In this document: piece after piece, positions 35,658-45,146 of the stretch | How the letters are laid out: the number at the start of each line of letters is the position of its first letter | How positions within the stretch are numbered: the stretch's first letter is position 1 | Assembly: GCA_014190575.1 (NCBI GenBank) | Contig: BJGQ01000011.1 | Coordinates: forward strand, 5,009-69,008 | DNA length: 64,000 nucleotides | Origin: Bacteroidota bacterium | Lineage (GTDB): Bacteria > Bacteroidota > Bacteroidia > Chitinophagales > UBA10324 | Direction of reading: 5' to 3' | Translations under genes and position numbers: made by a program | Notes under the pieces: generated by a model | Told to the model about the DNA's origin: nothing | Databases searched by the model: none | The model's input: only the letters and a program-made list of their open reading frames with translations

Positions 35658-36827
35658 TTAAATCACCTGCAATAAAAATCCTTTCAGGTAATTGGTTTCA
35701 GGAATTTGCCAGATAACAGGGTGGTCTTTTGCCTGTGCAAGTGTTTCAACCTGTCTGATTTTTTTTCCTGAATCAATGGCTGCTGAATACACTGCATCAA
35801 AAAATAAATCGGGAGTCATAAAATGTGAACACGAAAAAGTTAACAGAAAACCTCCGCTGCGAACCAATTGCATGGCACGCAAATTCACTTCTTTATAACC
35901 TCGAGCAGCAGATGCTGTGCCTGCGCGGTTCTTGGTAAATGCCGGTGGATCTAAAATCACAACATCAAATAATTTTTTCTCGCGCACCCATTGTGGCAGC
36001 AAGTCAAAAGCATTGGCGGCTTTAAAATCACAATTGTTTTCGAAGCCATTCAACAATGTATTTGCTTCGGCTTGCGCAATGGCCGCTTCTGATACATCAA
36101 TGGCGGTAACTTGTCGTGCACCAAAGTGTGCGGCTTGTAAACTGAACGAACCGGTGTAGCAAAAACAATCGAGCACCGAAGCATCTTTTACAATGTTCTT
36201 CATAGCTAATTTGTTTTCTTTCTGGTCGAGAAAGAAACCGGTTTTCTGTCCTTCCACTACATCAACATTAAATTTTACTCCGGCTTCGTTCATCACAAAA
36301 GTGGTATCGAACGGATCGCTCAGAAAACCTTTGTACTCTTCCAGTCCTTCTAATTTGCGCACCGGAATATCGTTGCGCTCATAAATTCCTTTCGGTTTAA
36401 AAATATCATTGACTGCTGCAACAATTTCTGGTTTCCATTTATCCATGCCAAGAGATAGTGTTTGAATCACTATCACATCGCCGAATTTATCCATCACCAA
36501 TCCCGGAAGAAAATCTCCTTCGCCAAAAACTACGCGATAGTTTTCGGTGTATCCGAATTTTTTTCTGTAATCAATACATGCTTTTATTTTTCCGTGGAAA
36601 AATTCTCCATCAATTTTTTCATCCGCATTCGTAAGCAAACGAACAGTGAGTTTCGATTGCGGATTGTAATATCCTTTCCCGATTAAATTTTTTCCTGAAT
36701 CAATTACTGATACAATATCACCTGGCTTTACTGCGCCATTAACACTTGCAATTTCATTGTCGTAAACCCATGGATGCCCCTCACGATTCCGGTTTCCTTT
36801 TCCTTTATTCAATATAACTTCAGCCAT
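35658..36827 (-). CDS. rlmI: class I SAM-dependent 23S rRNA m5C methyltransferase (RlmI-like, PUA + MTase)
   Basis: N-terminal GHPWVYDNEI (PUA-type), QKTGFFLDQKEN, and LDCFCYTGSFSL SAM motif with ILDPPAF. Confidence 0.82.
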   Translation of the reverse strand: MAEVILNKGKGNRNREGHPWVYDNEIASVNGAVKPGDIVSVIDSGKNLIGKGYYNPQSKLTVRLLTNADEKIDGEFFHGKIKACIDYRKKFGYTENYRVVFGEGDFLPGLVMDKFGDVIVIQTLSLGMDKWKPEIVAAVNDIFKPKGIYERNDIPVRKLEGLEEYKGFLSDPFDTTFVMNEAGVKFNVDVVEGQKTGFFLDQKENKLAMKNIVKDASVLDCFCYTGSFSLQAAHFGARQVTAIDVSEAAIAQAEANTLLNGFENNCDFKAANAFDLLPQWVREKKLFDVVILDPPAFTKNRAGTASAARGYKEVNLRAMQLVRSGGFLLTFSCSHFMTPDLFFDAVYSAAIDSGKKIRQVETLAQAKDHPVIWQIPETNYLKGFLLQVI

Positions 36828-36874
36828 GCTTTTAAAAATTTGAGCGGCAAAGAAAGTCTTATTTAGTTTGGTAA

Positions 36875-36906
36875 TAAAAAAAGCGCCCCGAATTTATCGG
36901 AGCGCT
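36875..36906 (-). terminator. intrinsic terminator of the PQQ-dehydrogenase gene
   Basis: On the reverse strand, AGCGCTCCGA-taaat-TCGGGGCGCT followed by TTTTTTT. Confidence 0.7.
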
Positions 36907-36936
36907 CATGAAATTTTGAAACTTGTTCATTAAACT

Positions 36937-38793
36937 TTATTCTGTCTTCACTAATTTCTGAAGGGTTCTGTTTCCATTTTCATCAGTTACTTCTAATAAA
37001 TAAATTCCTGACCGCAATTCATTTCCAAAATTTACCTCACCACTTGTTGATGGAATTTTGAATAAAATTTTTCCTTGCAAATCAAAAACCTGAAGTATGA
37101 ATTTTTCATTTGAATTTAATTCAATTGTAAATTCATTTGATGTTGGATTGGGAAAAGTGGTAAACGCATTTTCGTTTTCAATCTGATTTTCATTTCGGCA
37201 GGTGATTTTATAAACCTGAACTGTATTTGAAATGCGACTGCAACCAGTGGATTTAGTAACTACGACTTTGTATTTTCCTGATGCAGTTGGAACATAAGAA
37301 CTCATAGTTGCACCGCTAAGTACTAATGCACTTTTATACCATTGATAATTATATCCGGTTCCAGTATTAGCGTTAAGTGTAACTGTTGCAGGCGGACAAA
37401 AATATTGCGTATCAGCAGGAGTAACAGTTGCCGATGGAACGGTATTTCTCAGTACATAAATTCCATTGCTGCTGTTGTTACAAATCATCACTTTATAAGT
37501 ACCGGTCAGTGAAGCCGTGTATGAAATATTTGTAGCACCATTTATTGCAATGTTGTTTTTATACCATTGATAAGCAAATCCTGCAGGTGATGCAGTAAGC
37601 ACAACATGCGCAGGTTGGCAGAAAGTTGTAGGGCCACCTGCAGTAATCACCGGCGCTATTGTTCTTGAAAGTTTAAAGATTCCGCCGTTAGAAGTGTAGC
37701 CGCCATTCATGGCATAAATACTTCCATCAGCTCCTTCAAGTATGGTGGTTAATCCTCCGCTCGAAGTTAAATCTGTGATTATTGTTTTACTGGTAACAGA
37801 ATTATAAGCAGGCGCATTTCCGAGCACAACATTCCAGATTTCGCCAACATCGTTGTTACCGATAATGATGTGATTTTTATATTCGGGAAACATGCATCCT
37901 TTGTAAAAAATAATTCCGGTAACAGCATTAAGCGGAGCAGTCCAAACGGTTAATGGATTTATTAATCCCGGAACATTGCATGGATTATTATTTCCATACT
38001 GAAGATTCCCTTCACAAGTTTGCCATCCATAGTTTCCGCCCTTGCGACCAAGATTCATTTCATCCTGTGTGTTCTCTCCGTTTTCCGAAATGTATAGTGA
38101 GTCATTTGCACCGAAACAAAAATCAAATGGATTTCGATGGCCATATTCCCAAATGCGATCGTCGTTTAAAGCGGTTGGATTTCCATCATCGTAATAAGGA
38201 TTATCGGTTGGAATTGTTCCGTCTTTATTGATGCGAAGAATTTTTCCGAATGCATTTGTTTTTAATTGTGCGTTTGCAGGAGTTGCCAATTCTCCAATAG
38301 ATACATACAGTTTTCCGTCTGATGGCCGGAAGTGAACATTGCCTCCAACATGATTTCCGGGAATGGAATTGGAAACGGGAATGTGTAAAATTACTGTAGG
38401 ACTTATTCCAACATTATTGTTATCAGTAAACCGCATAACACGCAATGCCTGATTGCCTGTTGCAGTATTTGGCCAGCGATGAACATAGTAGGCATACACA
38501 TAATGATTGGTTGTGTAATCGGGATCGAAACAAATGCCTAATAATCCTCTTTCAAAATTATTGTAATTGGAATCGGCCAGATTATAAAAAGTGCCGATTG
38601 ATGTGCCGGTGGAACTGTAAACCACAATTTGTCCCGCTTTTATGGTTACGAAAAACCTGCCATCGTTCGGTGCAATGGCAAATGCAACCGGTTGATTTAA
38701 CCCCGAGAAAACGGTGGTTTGTGTAAAAGGCAATTGCGCCCAACTATTCAATGCACATAAAATGGTAATGAAAACAGTGATTGTTTTTTTCAT
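36937..38793 (-). CDS. PQQ-dependent sugar dehydrogenase (sorbosone/glucose dehydrogenase-like) with Ig-like repeats and type A T9SS C-terminal domain
   Basis: GLLGICFDPDY, YGHRNPFDF and GGNYGW beta-propeller motifs. Two QWYK..I/L..GAT..SY repeats. C-terminal FPNPTSNEFTIEL...SGIYLLEV sorting domain. Confidence 0.8.
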   Translation of the reverse strand: MKKTITVFITILCALNSWAQLPFTQTTVFSGLNQPVAFAIAPNDGRFFVTIKAGQIVVYSSTGTSIGTFYNLADSNYNNFERGLLGICFDPDYTTNHYVYAYYVHRWPNTATGNQALRVMRFTDNNNVGISPTVILHIPVSNSIPGNHVGGNVHFRPSDGKLYVSIGELATPANAQLKTNAFGKILRINKDGTIPTDNPYYDDGNPTALNDDRIWEYGHRNPFDFCFGANDSLYISENGENTQDEMNLGRKGGNYGWQTCEGNLQYGNNNPCNVPGLINPLTVWTAPLNAVTGIIFYKGCMFPEYKNHIIIGNNDVGEIWNVVLGNAPAYNSVTSKTIITDLTSSGGLTTILEGADGSIYAMNGGYTSNGGIFKLSRTIAPVITAGGPTTFCQPAHVVLTASPAGFAYQWYKNNIAINGATNISYTASLTGTYKVMICNNSSNGIYVLRNTVPSATVTPADTQYFCPPATVTLNANTGTGYNYQWYKSALVLSGATMSSYVPTASGKYKVVVTKSTGCSRISNTVQVYKITCRNENQIENENAFTTFPNPTSNEFTIELNSNEKFILQVFDLQGKILFKIPSTSGEVNFGNELRSGIYLLEVTDENGNRTLQKLVKTE

Positions 38794-38940
38794 GATTTAT
38801 TTTGATTTGGATGAATAAATGTACCTGTTCATCCGCATAAAAAATAAGTACAGGTTTAGTTTTTTGTAAAAGGTATTTATCAACTTAATCTGTCTTGAAA
38901 AACTTAATTAACTAATTTTTTCGAACGAATTCAGAAATAA

Positions 38941-38970
38941 AAAAAGCTGTCTTCATTGAAGACAGCTTTT
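38941..38970 (-). terminator. intrinsic terminator of ndk
   Basis: AGCTGTCTTC-att-GAAGACAGCT 10-bp stem, with a T-run on the reverse strand. Confidence 0.75.
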
Positions 38971-39014
38971 AAAAATCCAACAATTAAATTGGAAATTATT
39001 TTAGTGATGATTTA

Positions 39015-39434
39015 TTAAAATCGTTCTGTTTCCGAGAAGAAAAAGTTTGATTCTATCTGCGCATTCTCATCTGAGTCGCTGCCGTGTATAGCGTTTTTAT
39101 CTATGCTCTCAGCAAAGTTTTTACGGATGGTTCCTGCTTCAGCATTTGCTGGGTTAGTGGCACCTATCAGTTTTCTGAAATCATCTACTGCATTTTCTTT
39201 TTCCAATATCGCAGGCATAATTGCGCCAGAACTCATGAACGCGCAAAGGTCGGCGTAGAACGGGCGCTCACGATGAACAAAATAAAATTTACCCGCCTGT
39301 TCAAGACTCATTTTGGTTTGCTTGATGGCAATGATTTTAAATCCAGCCTCTTGTATTTGTTTAAGTATCGCACCACCAACACCTTTCTCTACTGCATCCG
39401 GTTTTATCATGGTGAATGTTCTGTTTCCGCTCAT
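39015..39434 (-). CDS. ndk: nucleoside-diphosphate kinase
   Basis: [16 protein letters not shown] and NAIHGSDS motifs; 139 aa. Confidence 0.95.
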   Translation of the reverse strand: MSGNRTFTMIKPDAVEKGVGGAILKQIQEAGFKIIAIKQTKMSLEQAGKFYFVHRERPFYADLCAFMSSGAIMPAILEKENAVDDFRKLIGATNPANAEAGTIRKNFAESIDKNAIHGSDSDENAQIESNFFFSETERF

Positions 39435-39465
39435 GTCGTTATTGATTTTATTTTTTTATGAGGCG

Positions 39466-39473
39466 CAAAAATA
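39466..39473 (-). promoter_or_regulatory. -7 promoter box for ndk
   Basis: The reverse strand reads TATTTTTG, 32 nt upstream of the start. Confidence 0.45.
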
Positions 39474-39550
39474 TACGGCTGAATTCTATTACCGCTTTTA
39501 TAGCGAAAAATATTTTATCCTTGAGCCCTGAAAAAAAATAATACGCGCTG

Positions 39551-40558
39551 ATGACCTTTGAACAACTAAAAGAATTTTTACTCACACCACGGTACATAGT
39601 CATCACCACGCATCAGAAACCTGATGGCGATGCACTTGGTTCTTCATTGGCGCTTTATCATTTTTTATGCAAGTTGAATCATACACCAATAGTTATTTCA
39701 CCAACCGATTATCCGAATTTTTTACAATGGTTGCCGGGAAACGATACGGTTGTGAATTTTGAACAGCAACCTGATTCAGCAAAAGAGTGGGCGGCAAATG
39801 CCGAATTAATTTTTTGTCTCGACTTTAATAAACTGTATCGCATAAATTCATTGGGAGATTTATTGGGAAAAGCTGCGGCGCCAAAAATTTTAATTGACCA
39901 TCACCTGGAGCCCGATGCGTTTGCTGATTATGAATTGTGGGATGTGGAAAAATCTTCAACCTGCGAATTGGTTTATGATTTTATTGAAATGCTGGGAATG
40001 ACTCACCTCATTGATTCAAACATTGCCACCTGTTTGTATGTCGGTTTGTTAACCGATACTGATCGGTTTCGCATCCCTCGAACCACACCGAGAGTTCATC
40101 AGATTGCAGCTTCGCTTTTAGAAAAAGGAGTTGACCATACGAGAGTTTACAATGAGATTTATGAAACCTTCAGCGAAAATCGGTTGAGGTTTTTTGGTTT
40201 CTGTATGACCAAGTGCATGACTGTATTACCCGAATATCACACGGCTATTCTTGCCATTGAAGGAGAAGATATTCGCCGCTATCACATTTCAACCGGAGAT
40301 ACGGAAGGGTTAGTGAATTACCCGATGATGATTAACGATGTGTGGATGACCGCAATAATTATTCAACGACCTGATCAGGTAAAACTTTCGTTTCGCAGCA
40401 AAGGAGATATTGATGTGAATAAATTGTGCAAAGAATATTTTCAAGGAGGCGGACACAAGAATGCAGCGGGTGGAAAGAGTGATGTTTCAGTTGCTAAAAC
40501 CAAAGAGAAATTACTTTCTATATTAGCCGCCCAAAAATTTAATTTAAACCTCGTATGA
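39551..40558 (+). CDS. nrnA: DHH/DHHA1 phosphoesterase, NrnA-type oligoribonuclease/pAp phosphatase
   Basis: HQKPDGDALGS, IDHH and GGGHKNAAGG motifs. Confidence 0.85.
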   Translation: MTFEQLKEFLLTPRYIVITTHQKPDGDALGSSLALYHFLCKLNHTPIVISPTDYPNFLQWLPGNDTVVNFEQQPDSAKEWAANAELIFCLDFNKLYRINSLGDLLGKAAAPKILIDHHLEPDAFADYELWDVEKSSTCELVYDFIEMLGMTHLIDSNIATCLYVGLLTDTDRFRIPRTTPRVHQIAASLLEKGVDHTRVYNEIYETFSENRLRFFGFCMTKCMTVLPEYHTAILAIEGEDIRRYHISTGDTEGLVNYPMMINDVWMTAIIIQRPDQVKLSFRSKGDIDVNKLCKEYFQGGGHKNAAGGKSDVSVAKTKEKLLSILAAQKFNLNLV

Positions 40559-41466
40559 ACCTTTCAGCAATTTCAAAATCAATAACAATTTGTGCAGCAG
40601 TTGTAGCCGCATTTGCATTTCAATCTTGCAACAGTGGCGAAAATATTTCCGGTTATGCCACTTCATCCAATGGTCTTGATTATAAAATACTAACAGATAA
40701 CAAGCAACCAAAGGCCAAAGTCGGTGATTATGTACAGTATTTTTCAACTATCAGAACCACTAAAGATTCTGTGCTCTTTTCATTGAAGAATGCTGGTTCG
40801 CCCGAAATGGGAATTGTAGCGGCACCAAAAGAAAAAGGTGACCCGATTGAAATTTTAACATTGCTTGGTAAAGGTGACAGTGCATCGTGCCTCATTCCTG
40901 CTGAAACTTTTTTTAAAGGTGTTCAGCTTCCTGCACCATTGAAAGCAGGTGATAAAATAAAATTGGATTTAAAAATTGCAGATGTTTTTCCAAAGGAAGA
41001 ATATGAAAGTAAAATGGCAGAAATGCAATCGCAAAAAAATGCATTGGCTGAAGCGGATGCATTAAATTATATTAAAACAAATAATCTGAATGCACAGCGA
41101 TTACCAAGTGGAATGTATTATGTGGTTGAAAATCCGGGTACAGGTGCAACTCCCGTGAATGGTAAAAATGTAAAAGTTAATTACCGTGGTACTTTGTTTA
41201 ATGGAGTTGAATTTGATTCATCATTAAAACCTGGTCGCACACCATTTGAATTTGTGTTAGGTCGTGGTCAGGTGATAAAAGGCTGGGATCAGGGAATACC
41301 TTTATTTAAAGTTGGCGGAAAAGGAAAATTAATTATTCCACCAGCAATGGGTTATGGTGAAGGTGGTCAAGGAAATATTCCATCAAACAGCTGGCTGGTA
41401 TTTGAAATAGAAGTATTAGGAGTTTCAGATGCGCCTCAAAATCCAGGCGGAATGCAAATACATTAA
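40555..41466 (+). CDS. FKBP-type peptidyl-prolyl isomerase lipoprotein (paralog 1)
   Basis: Lipobox AFQSCNSG. C-terminal VNYRGTLFNGVEFDSS...GWDQGI...GGKGKLIIPPAMGYG FKBP core. Its start overlaps the nrnA stop (ATGA). Confidence 0.85.
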   Translation: MNLSAISKSITICAAVVAAFAFQSCNSGENISGYATSSNGLDYKILTDNKQPKAKVGDYVQYFSTIRTTKDSVLFSLKNAGSPEMGIVAAPKEKGDPIEILTLLGKGDSASCLIPAETFFKGVQLPAPLKAGDKIKLDLKIADVFPKEEYESKMAEMQSQKNALAEADALNYIKTNNLNAQRLPSGMYYVVENPGTGATPVNGKNVKVNYRGTLFNGVEFDSSLKPGRTPFEFVLGRGQVIKGWDQGIPLFKVGGKGKLIIPPAMGYGEGGQGNIPSNSWLVFEIEVLGVSDAPQNPGGMQIH

Positions 41467-41495
41467 TCCGCAATAAAACAGATTAAAAATTTAAG

Positions 41496-42383
41496 ATGAA
41501 CAAAAAGAAAGCGCTTTTCATTTTTACAGGAATATTGGTGTTCGCTGTATTGTTGATTGTTATGATTACATCAATAGGTTCAGGTAATGGTGGTGGATTT
41601 AAAAAATTACCATCAGGCCTCGAATATAAAATCGTGATTAATAATTCAAAAGAAAAAGCTCAACAAGGACAGTTGATGGTAGCTTTTATCACATACAAAA
41701 CCGAAAAAGATTCGGTAGTATTCAGTACTTACAGCACCGAAAAAAAATCAACCATTTTTCCAGTTGGTAAACCTGAAAATGTGGGTGATATGAATGAAGC
41801 TTTTTTATTACTCGGTTCAAAAGATTCTGCGGTTTTTAATTTACCTGCTGATAGTATTTTTAAAGATGGTGCAAAACGACCGGCCTTTGCAGGTAAGGGT
41901 TCATACATTCATGTTGGAATTCGTGTGGATACCATTATGAGTAAAGAAGATTATTCAAAATTGGCTGAGAAAAAAGCTGAAGCACAAAAGCAGATTGATG
42001 ATGAACTGATAAAAAAATATTTAGCTGATAATAACCTGAAAGCTGAAAGAAATGATGACGGTTTGTACTACATCATTGAAAAAAAAGGAACTGGGGCCAA
42101 TGCTAAATCTGGTGATAATGTTTCTGTTTTATATGCAGGAATGTTATTGGATGGAACCGTTTTTGATTCGTCTGAAATGGGGGGAGGTAAACCATTCAAT
42201 GTGAAATTAGGAGGCCATTCAGTTATTGCGGGTTGGGAAGAAGGACTTACTCTTTTTAACAACGGTGCAAAAGGAAAATTAATTATTCCATCATACCTCG
42301 CTTATGCTGATCACGAATATCCGGGTCGCATTCCCGCCAACTCTGTTTTAATATTTCAAATTGAAGTAAACAGCATCAAATAA
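41496..42383 (+). CDS. FKBP-type peptidyl-prolyl isomerase (paralog 2)
   Basis: N-terminal membrane anchor. FKBP core VLYAGMLLDGTVFDSS...GWEEGL...AKGKLIIPSYLAY. Same two-part architecture as paralogs 1 and 3. Confidence 0.85.
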   Translation: MNKKKALFIFTGILVFAVLLIVMITSIGSGNGGGFKKLPSGLEYKIVINNSKEKAQQGQLMVAFITYKTEKDSVVFSTYSTEKKSTIFPVGKPENVGDMNEAFLLLGSKDSAVFNLPADSIFKDGAKRPAFAGKGSYIHVGIRVDTIMSKEDYSKLAEKKAEAQKQIDDELIKKYLADNNLKAERNDDGLYYIIEKKGTGANAKSGDNVSVLYAGMLLDGTVFDSSEMGGGKPFNVKLGGHSVIAGWEEGLTLFNNGAKGKLIIPSYLAYADHEYPGRIPANSVLIFQIEVNSIK

Positions 42384-42432
42384 AATTTTCGGTACATTTT
42401 TTTCTTACCCAACAACTCACAAAAATAAATCA

Positions 42433-43284
42433 ATGAAAAAAAACTTTCTTCTACTCGTTGCCCTTCTTCCGCTTTTAGTTAATGCACAGAACTACAAAGA
42501 TTTTAAAACCACTCCGAATGGTTTAAAATACAAAGTAATTGAAGATAAGAAAAAGGCAAAATCCCAAATGGGTTACATGATTAAAATATTCTTAACCTAC
42601 TCAACAGAAAAAGATTCGGTAGTTTTTTCATCAAAAATGATTGGCGAACCAGCTGAATTAAAAATTGACAAACCACAATACAAAGGTGACCCGATGGAAG
42701 GATTTTCAATGATGGGAACCGGAGATAGTATTTTGTTTCTCGTACCATCAGATAGTATGTTCAAAGGTGGAGCAGGCCGTCCGGCATATGCCACTCCGGG
42801 TTCATATTTAAAACTGGGCGTTCGCATGATCAGTTCAATGACTCAGGCTGATTACGATGCCGCTAAAGCAAAAGATGCTCAAGGTCAAATTGCTATAGAC
42901 GATCAGATTATTCAGCAATACATAAAAGACAAAGGACTTACAGCTCAAAAAACTGCGGATGGTTTATACTATGTTACAGAAAAGCAAGGAGACGGAGCTA
43001 AGGTTGAAATGAATAAAAAAGTTACTGTTAATTATACAGGCAAACTAACCAATGGAACCATGTTCGATTCATCATTAAATCCTGGCCGTACTCCTTTTGA
43101 ATTTACCATTGGTCAGCACCAGGTTATTGCTGGATGGGACGAAGGCATTGCATTATTTAATGTTGGTGGAAAAGGAACATTATTAATTCCATCGGCACTT
43201 GGTTATGGCGCTCGCGGCGCTGGCGGCACCATTGGCCCTAATGCTGTTTTGGTTTTTGATATAGAAGTGCTAAAGGTTGATTAG
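42433..43284 (+). CDS. FKBP-type peptidyl-prolyl isomerase (paralog 3)
   Basis: Signal peptide ending VNAQ. FKBP core VNYTGKLTNGTMFDSS...GWDEGI...GGKGTLLIPSALGYG. Confidence 0.85.
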   Translation: MKKNFLLLVALLPLLVNAQNYKDFKTTPNGLKYKVIEDKKKAKSQMGYMIKIFLTYSTEKDSVVFSSKMIGEPAELKIDKPQYKGDPMEGFSMMGTGDSILFLVPSDSMFKGGAGRPAYATPGSYLKLGVRMISSMTQADYDAAKAKDAQGQIAIDDQIIQQYIKDKGLTAQKTADGLYYVTEKQGDGAKVEMNKKVTVNYTGKLTNGTMFDSSLNPGRTPFEFTIGQHQVIAGWDEGIALFNVGGKGTLLIPSALGYGARGAGGTIGPNAVLVFDIEVLKVD

Positions 43285-43307
43285 CACCTTAAATTAATAA
43301 ATGAATG

Positions 43308-43345
43308 AGTCCCCTTCGGTTTTACTGAGGGGGATTTTTTATTTT
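43308..43345 (+). terminator. probable terminator after the third FKBP gene
   Basis: AGTCCCC...GGGGATT stem followed by TTTTTTATTTT. Confidence 0.5.
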
Positions 43346-43374
43346 ATGAAATTTGATTGTGTTAAGTATAGCTC

Positions 43375-43409
43375 AAAAAAAAACCGCCCCGAAAATGTTT
43401 CGGGGCGGT
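43375..43409 (-). terminator. intrinsic terminator of the cold-shock gene
   Basis: Perfect 12-bp stem ACCGCCCCGAAA-atg-TTTCGGGGCGGT, with a run of about 9 T on the reverse strand. Confidence 0.85.
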
Positions 43410-43463
43410 GCAAGAATTTGGGTATTGTTCTTTATCTTCTTTTCAGAAGTTGAACGGTGTTAA

Positions 43464-43658
43464 TTAGTGTGCGAGTTCAACTCTTACAGCATTTAAACCT
43501 TTTTTACCTTTCTCAACATCAAAAACCACTTCGTCGCCTTCGCGAATGTCAGCTTTTAATCCTGATACATGAACGAAGATGTCTTCGCCTGTTTCTTGAT
43601 CGCAAATAAATCCAAATCCTTTGGAGTTATTGAAGAACTTTACTTTTCCTTTTTTCAT
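43464..43658 (-). CDS. cold-shock protein (CspA family)
   Basis: GKVKFFNNSKGFGFI and IFVHVS RNP motifs; 64 aa. Confidence 0.95.
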   Translation of the reverse strand: MKKGKVKFFNNSKGFGFICDQETGEDIFVHVSGLKADIREGDEVVFDVEKGKKGLNAVRVELAH

Positions 43659-43688
43659 TTAATTGACTTTAAAAATTATTTAATGATG

Positions 43689-43696
43689 CAAATGTA
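43689..43696 (-). promoter_or_regulatory. -7 promoter box for the cold-shock gene
   Basis: The reverse strand reads TACATTTG, 31 nt upstream of the start. Confidence 0.45.
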
Positions 43697-43886
43697 ATCT
43701 TATTACGCGGAGTAGCAACTATAATTTTTAAATGAGAGTTAGAGTGTTCATTAAATGAGTCTGTTGAAGCATGGCAAAATATTGAGTATAAATTAGTATT
43801 AACTGCTCTCAGGTTTATTATAAAGCAGAATCATTGATTACTCTTGCAAGCCGCACAGGTAGTTTAAACCGATTACAATTTATTCA

Positions 43887-45011
43887 ATGTCAAAAAAAAT
43901 TCAGTTTCATACTTTAGATGCGCTGCGTTTTTTTGCGTTTCTGATGGTTTATTTTTTACATGTTCTTATTCAGGGTGTATTTCCGGTATTTAATTTTTTA
44001 AAATCGAATGGAAGCATTGGTGTTATTTTCTTTTTTACACTCAGCGGTTTTTTAATCACTTACATTTTGGTGCACGAAAAAATAAATGTCGGGCAAATTC
44101 ATTTGGGCAAATTTTTTATGCGCCGGAGTTTCCGGATATGGCCGTTGTATATGCTGATGGTAGTGCTTGCTTTTGTTATGCCCTATAATTTTTATGATAA
44201 AATTGGAATGCACATGGTAGGAGGTGGCTACATGCCCGACTGGAAATTTTCATTTTCATTTTTAGAAAATTATAAAATGCTGATTACCGATAATTTTCCA
44301 AGGGTTACTCCGCTATCGGTGTTTTGGTCATTGTGTATTGAAGAACATTTTTACCTGTTGTGGATGGTTACTTTGTTTTTTATTCCTGTTAAAGGAATGA
44401 AGTATTTTTTTTCAGCAACAATACTTATCGGAATTATTTCAAGAATTATTGAAATGAAAATTTCAACCAACACCATGATCAGCAGCAACGATATTTTAAC
44501 CAATCTCGATTTGTTTTCAATTGGTGCATTGCTGGGTTTGGCAGTGGCAATGGATTACGAGGCTGTTTCGAAATGGATAAACAACATTCCTGTCTGGATA
44601 AAGGGTGGATTCATTATTTTAACTTTGTGTTTTGTTGTTTTTCATGAAACCATTATACCCTGGTCTTACGCACCAAATAGAGTAATCTCTCAAACAATTT
44701 ATGGACTATTATTTACGGGGGTAATTGCCATTTTTATTCCTCAGAATTCGGTATTAAAAATCGGTGACAGCAATATTTTATCACGACTGGGGAAAATAAG
44801 TTACGGCCTATATGTTTATCACATCATCTGCATTCATGTGTTGTTTCAATATTTTCTGAAGTACAATATTGTTATTGATAACTGGAAAGTATTGGGAACA
44901 TTTATCACTCTAACTTTTTTCAGCACATTGGTTATCAGTATTCTTTCTTATCAGTATTTTGAAAAACCATTCTTGCAAATGCGAGAGAAATTGAAGTTTC
45001 GTGGAAATTGA
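43887..45011 (+). CDS. acyltransferase family 3 membrane protein (O-acyltransferase)
   Basis: LDALRFFAFLMVYFLH opening, about 10 transmembrane helices, and SYGLYVYH near the C-terminus. Confidence 0.8.
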   Translation: MSKKIQFHTLDALRFFAFLMVYFLHVLIQGVFPVFNFLKSNGSIGVIFFFTLSGFLITYILVHEKINVGQIHLGKFFMRRSFRIWPLYMLMVVLAFVMPYNFYDKIGMHMVGGGYMPDWKFSFSFLENYKMLITDNFPRVTPLSVFWSLCIEEHFYLLWMVTLFFIPVKGMKYFFSATILIGIISRIIEMKISTNTMISSNDILTNLDLFSIGALLGLAVAMDYEAVSKWINNIPVWIKGGFIILTLCFVVFHETIIPWSYAPNRVISQTIYGLLFTGVIAIFIPQNSVLKIGDSNILSRLGKISYGLYVYHIICIHVLFQYFLKYNIVIDNWKVLGTFITLTFFSTLVISILSYQYFEKPFLQMREKLKFRGN

Positions 45012-45037
45012 AATCTTTATCTCTATTCAATCCATAT

Positions 45038-45070
45038 AAAAAAACCGCCAAAGTTTCCCAAGGCGGTTTT
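45038..45070. terminator. bidirectional terminator between the convergent acyltransferase and M13 peptidase genes
   Basis: AAAACCGCC-aaagtttcccaa-GGCGGTTTT, with T-runs on both strands. Confidence 0.65.
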
Positions 45071-45146
45071 GAAAATTTTTATAAATAACTAGTAACTTTT
45101 ACAAATAATTATTAACAAATACTGATAATAAATATTATTTCCCAAA

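Noticed and set aside
38809-38855. Two mutually exclusive hairpins (GGATGAA/TTCATCC and ACCTGT/ACAGGT) in the leader of the PQQ-dehydrogenase gene, as a possible attenuator.
   Set aside because: The stems are only 6-7 bp in AT-rich sequence. There is no leader peptide or U-tract logic. This is within what chance produces in a 220-nt intergenic region.
40555-43284. Three FKBP genes as an assembly duplication artefact.
   Set aside because: The three copies differ extensively at the protein level and have different signal types and lengths. They are old paralogs rather than collapsed or expanded repeats.
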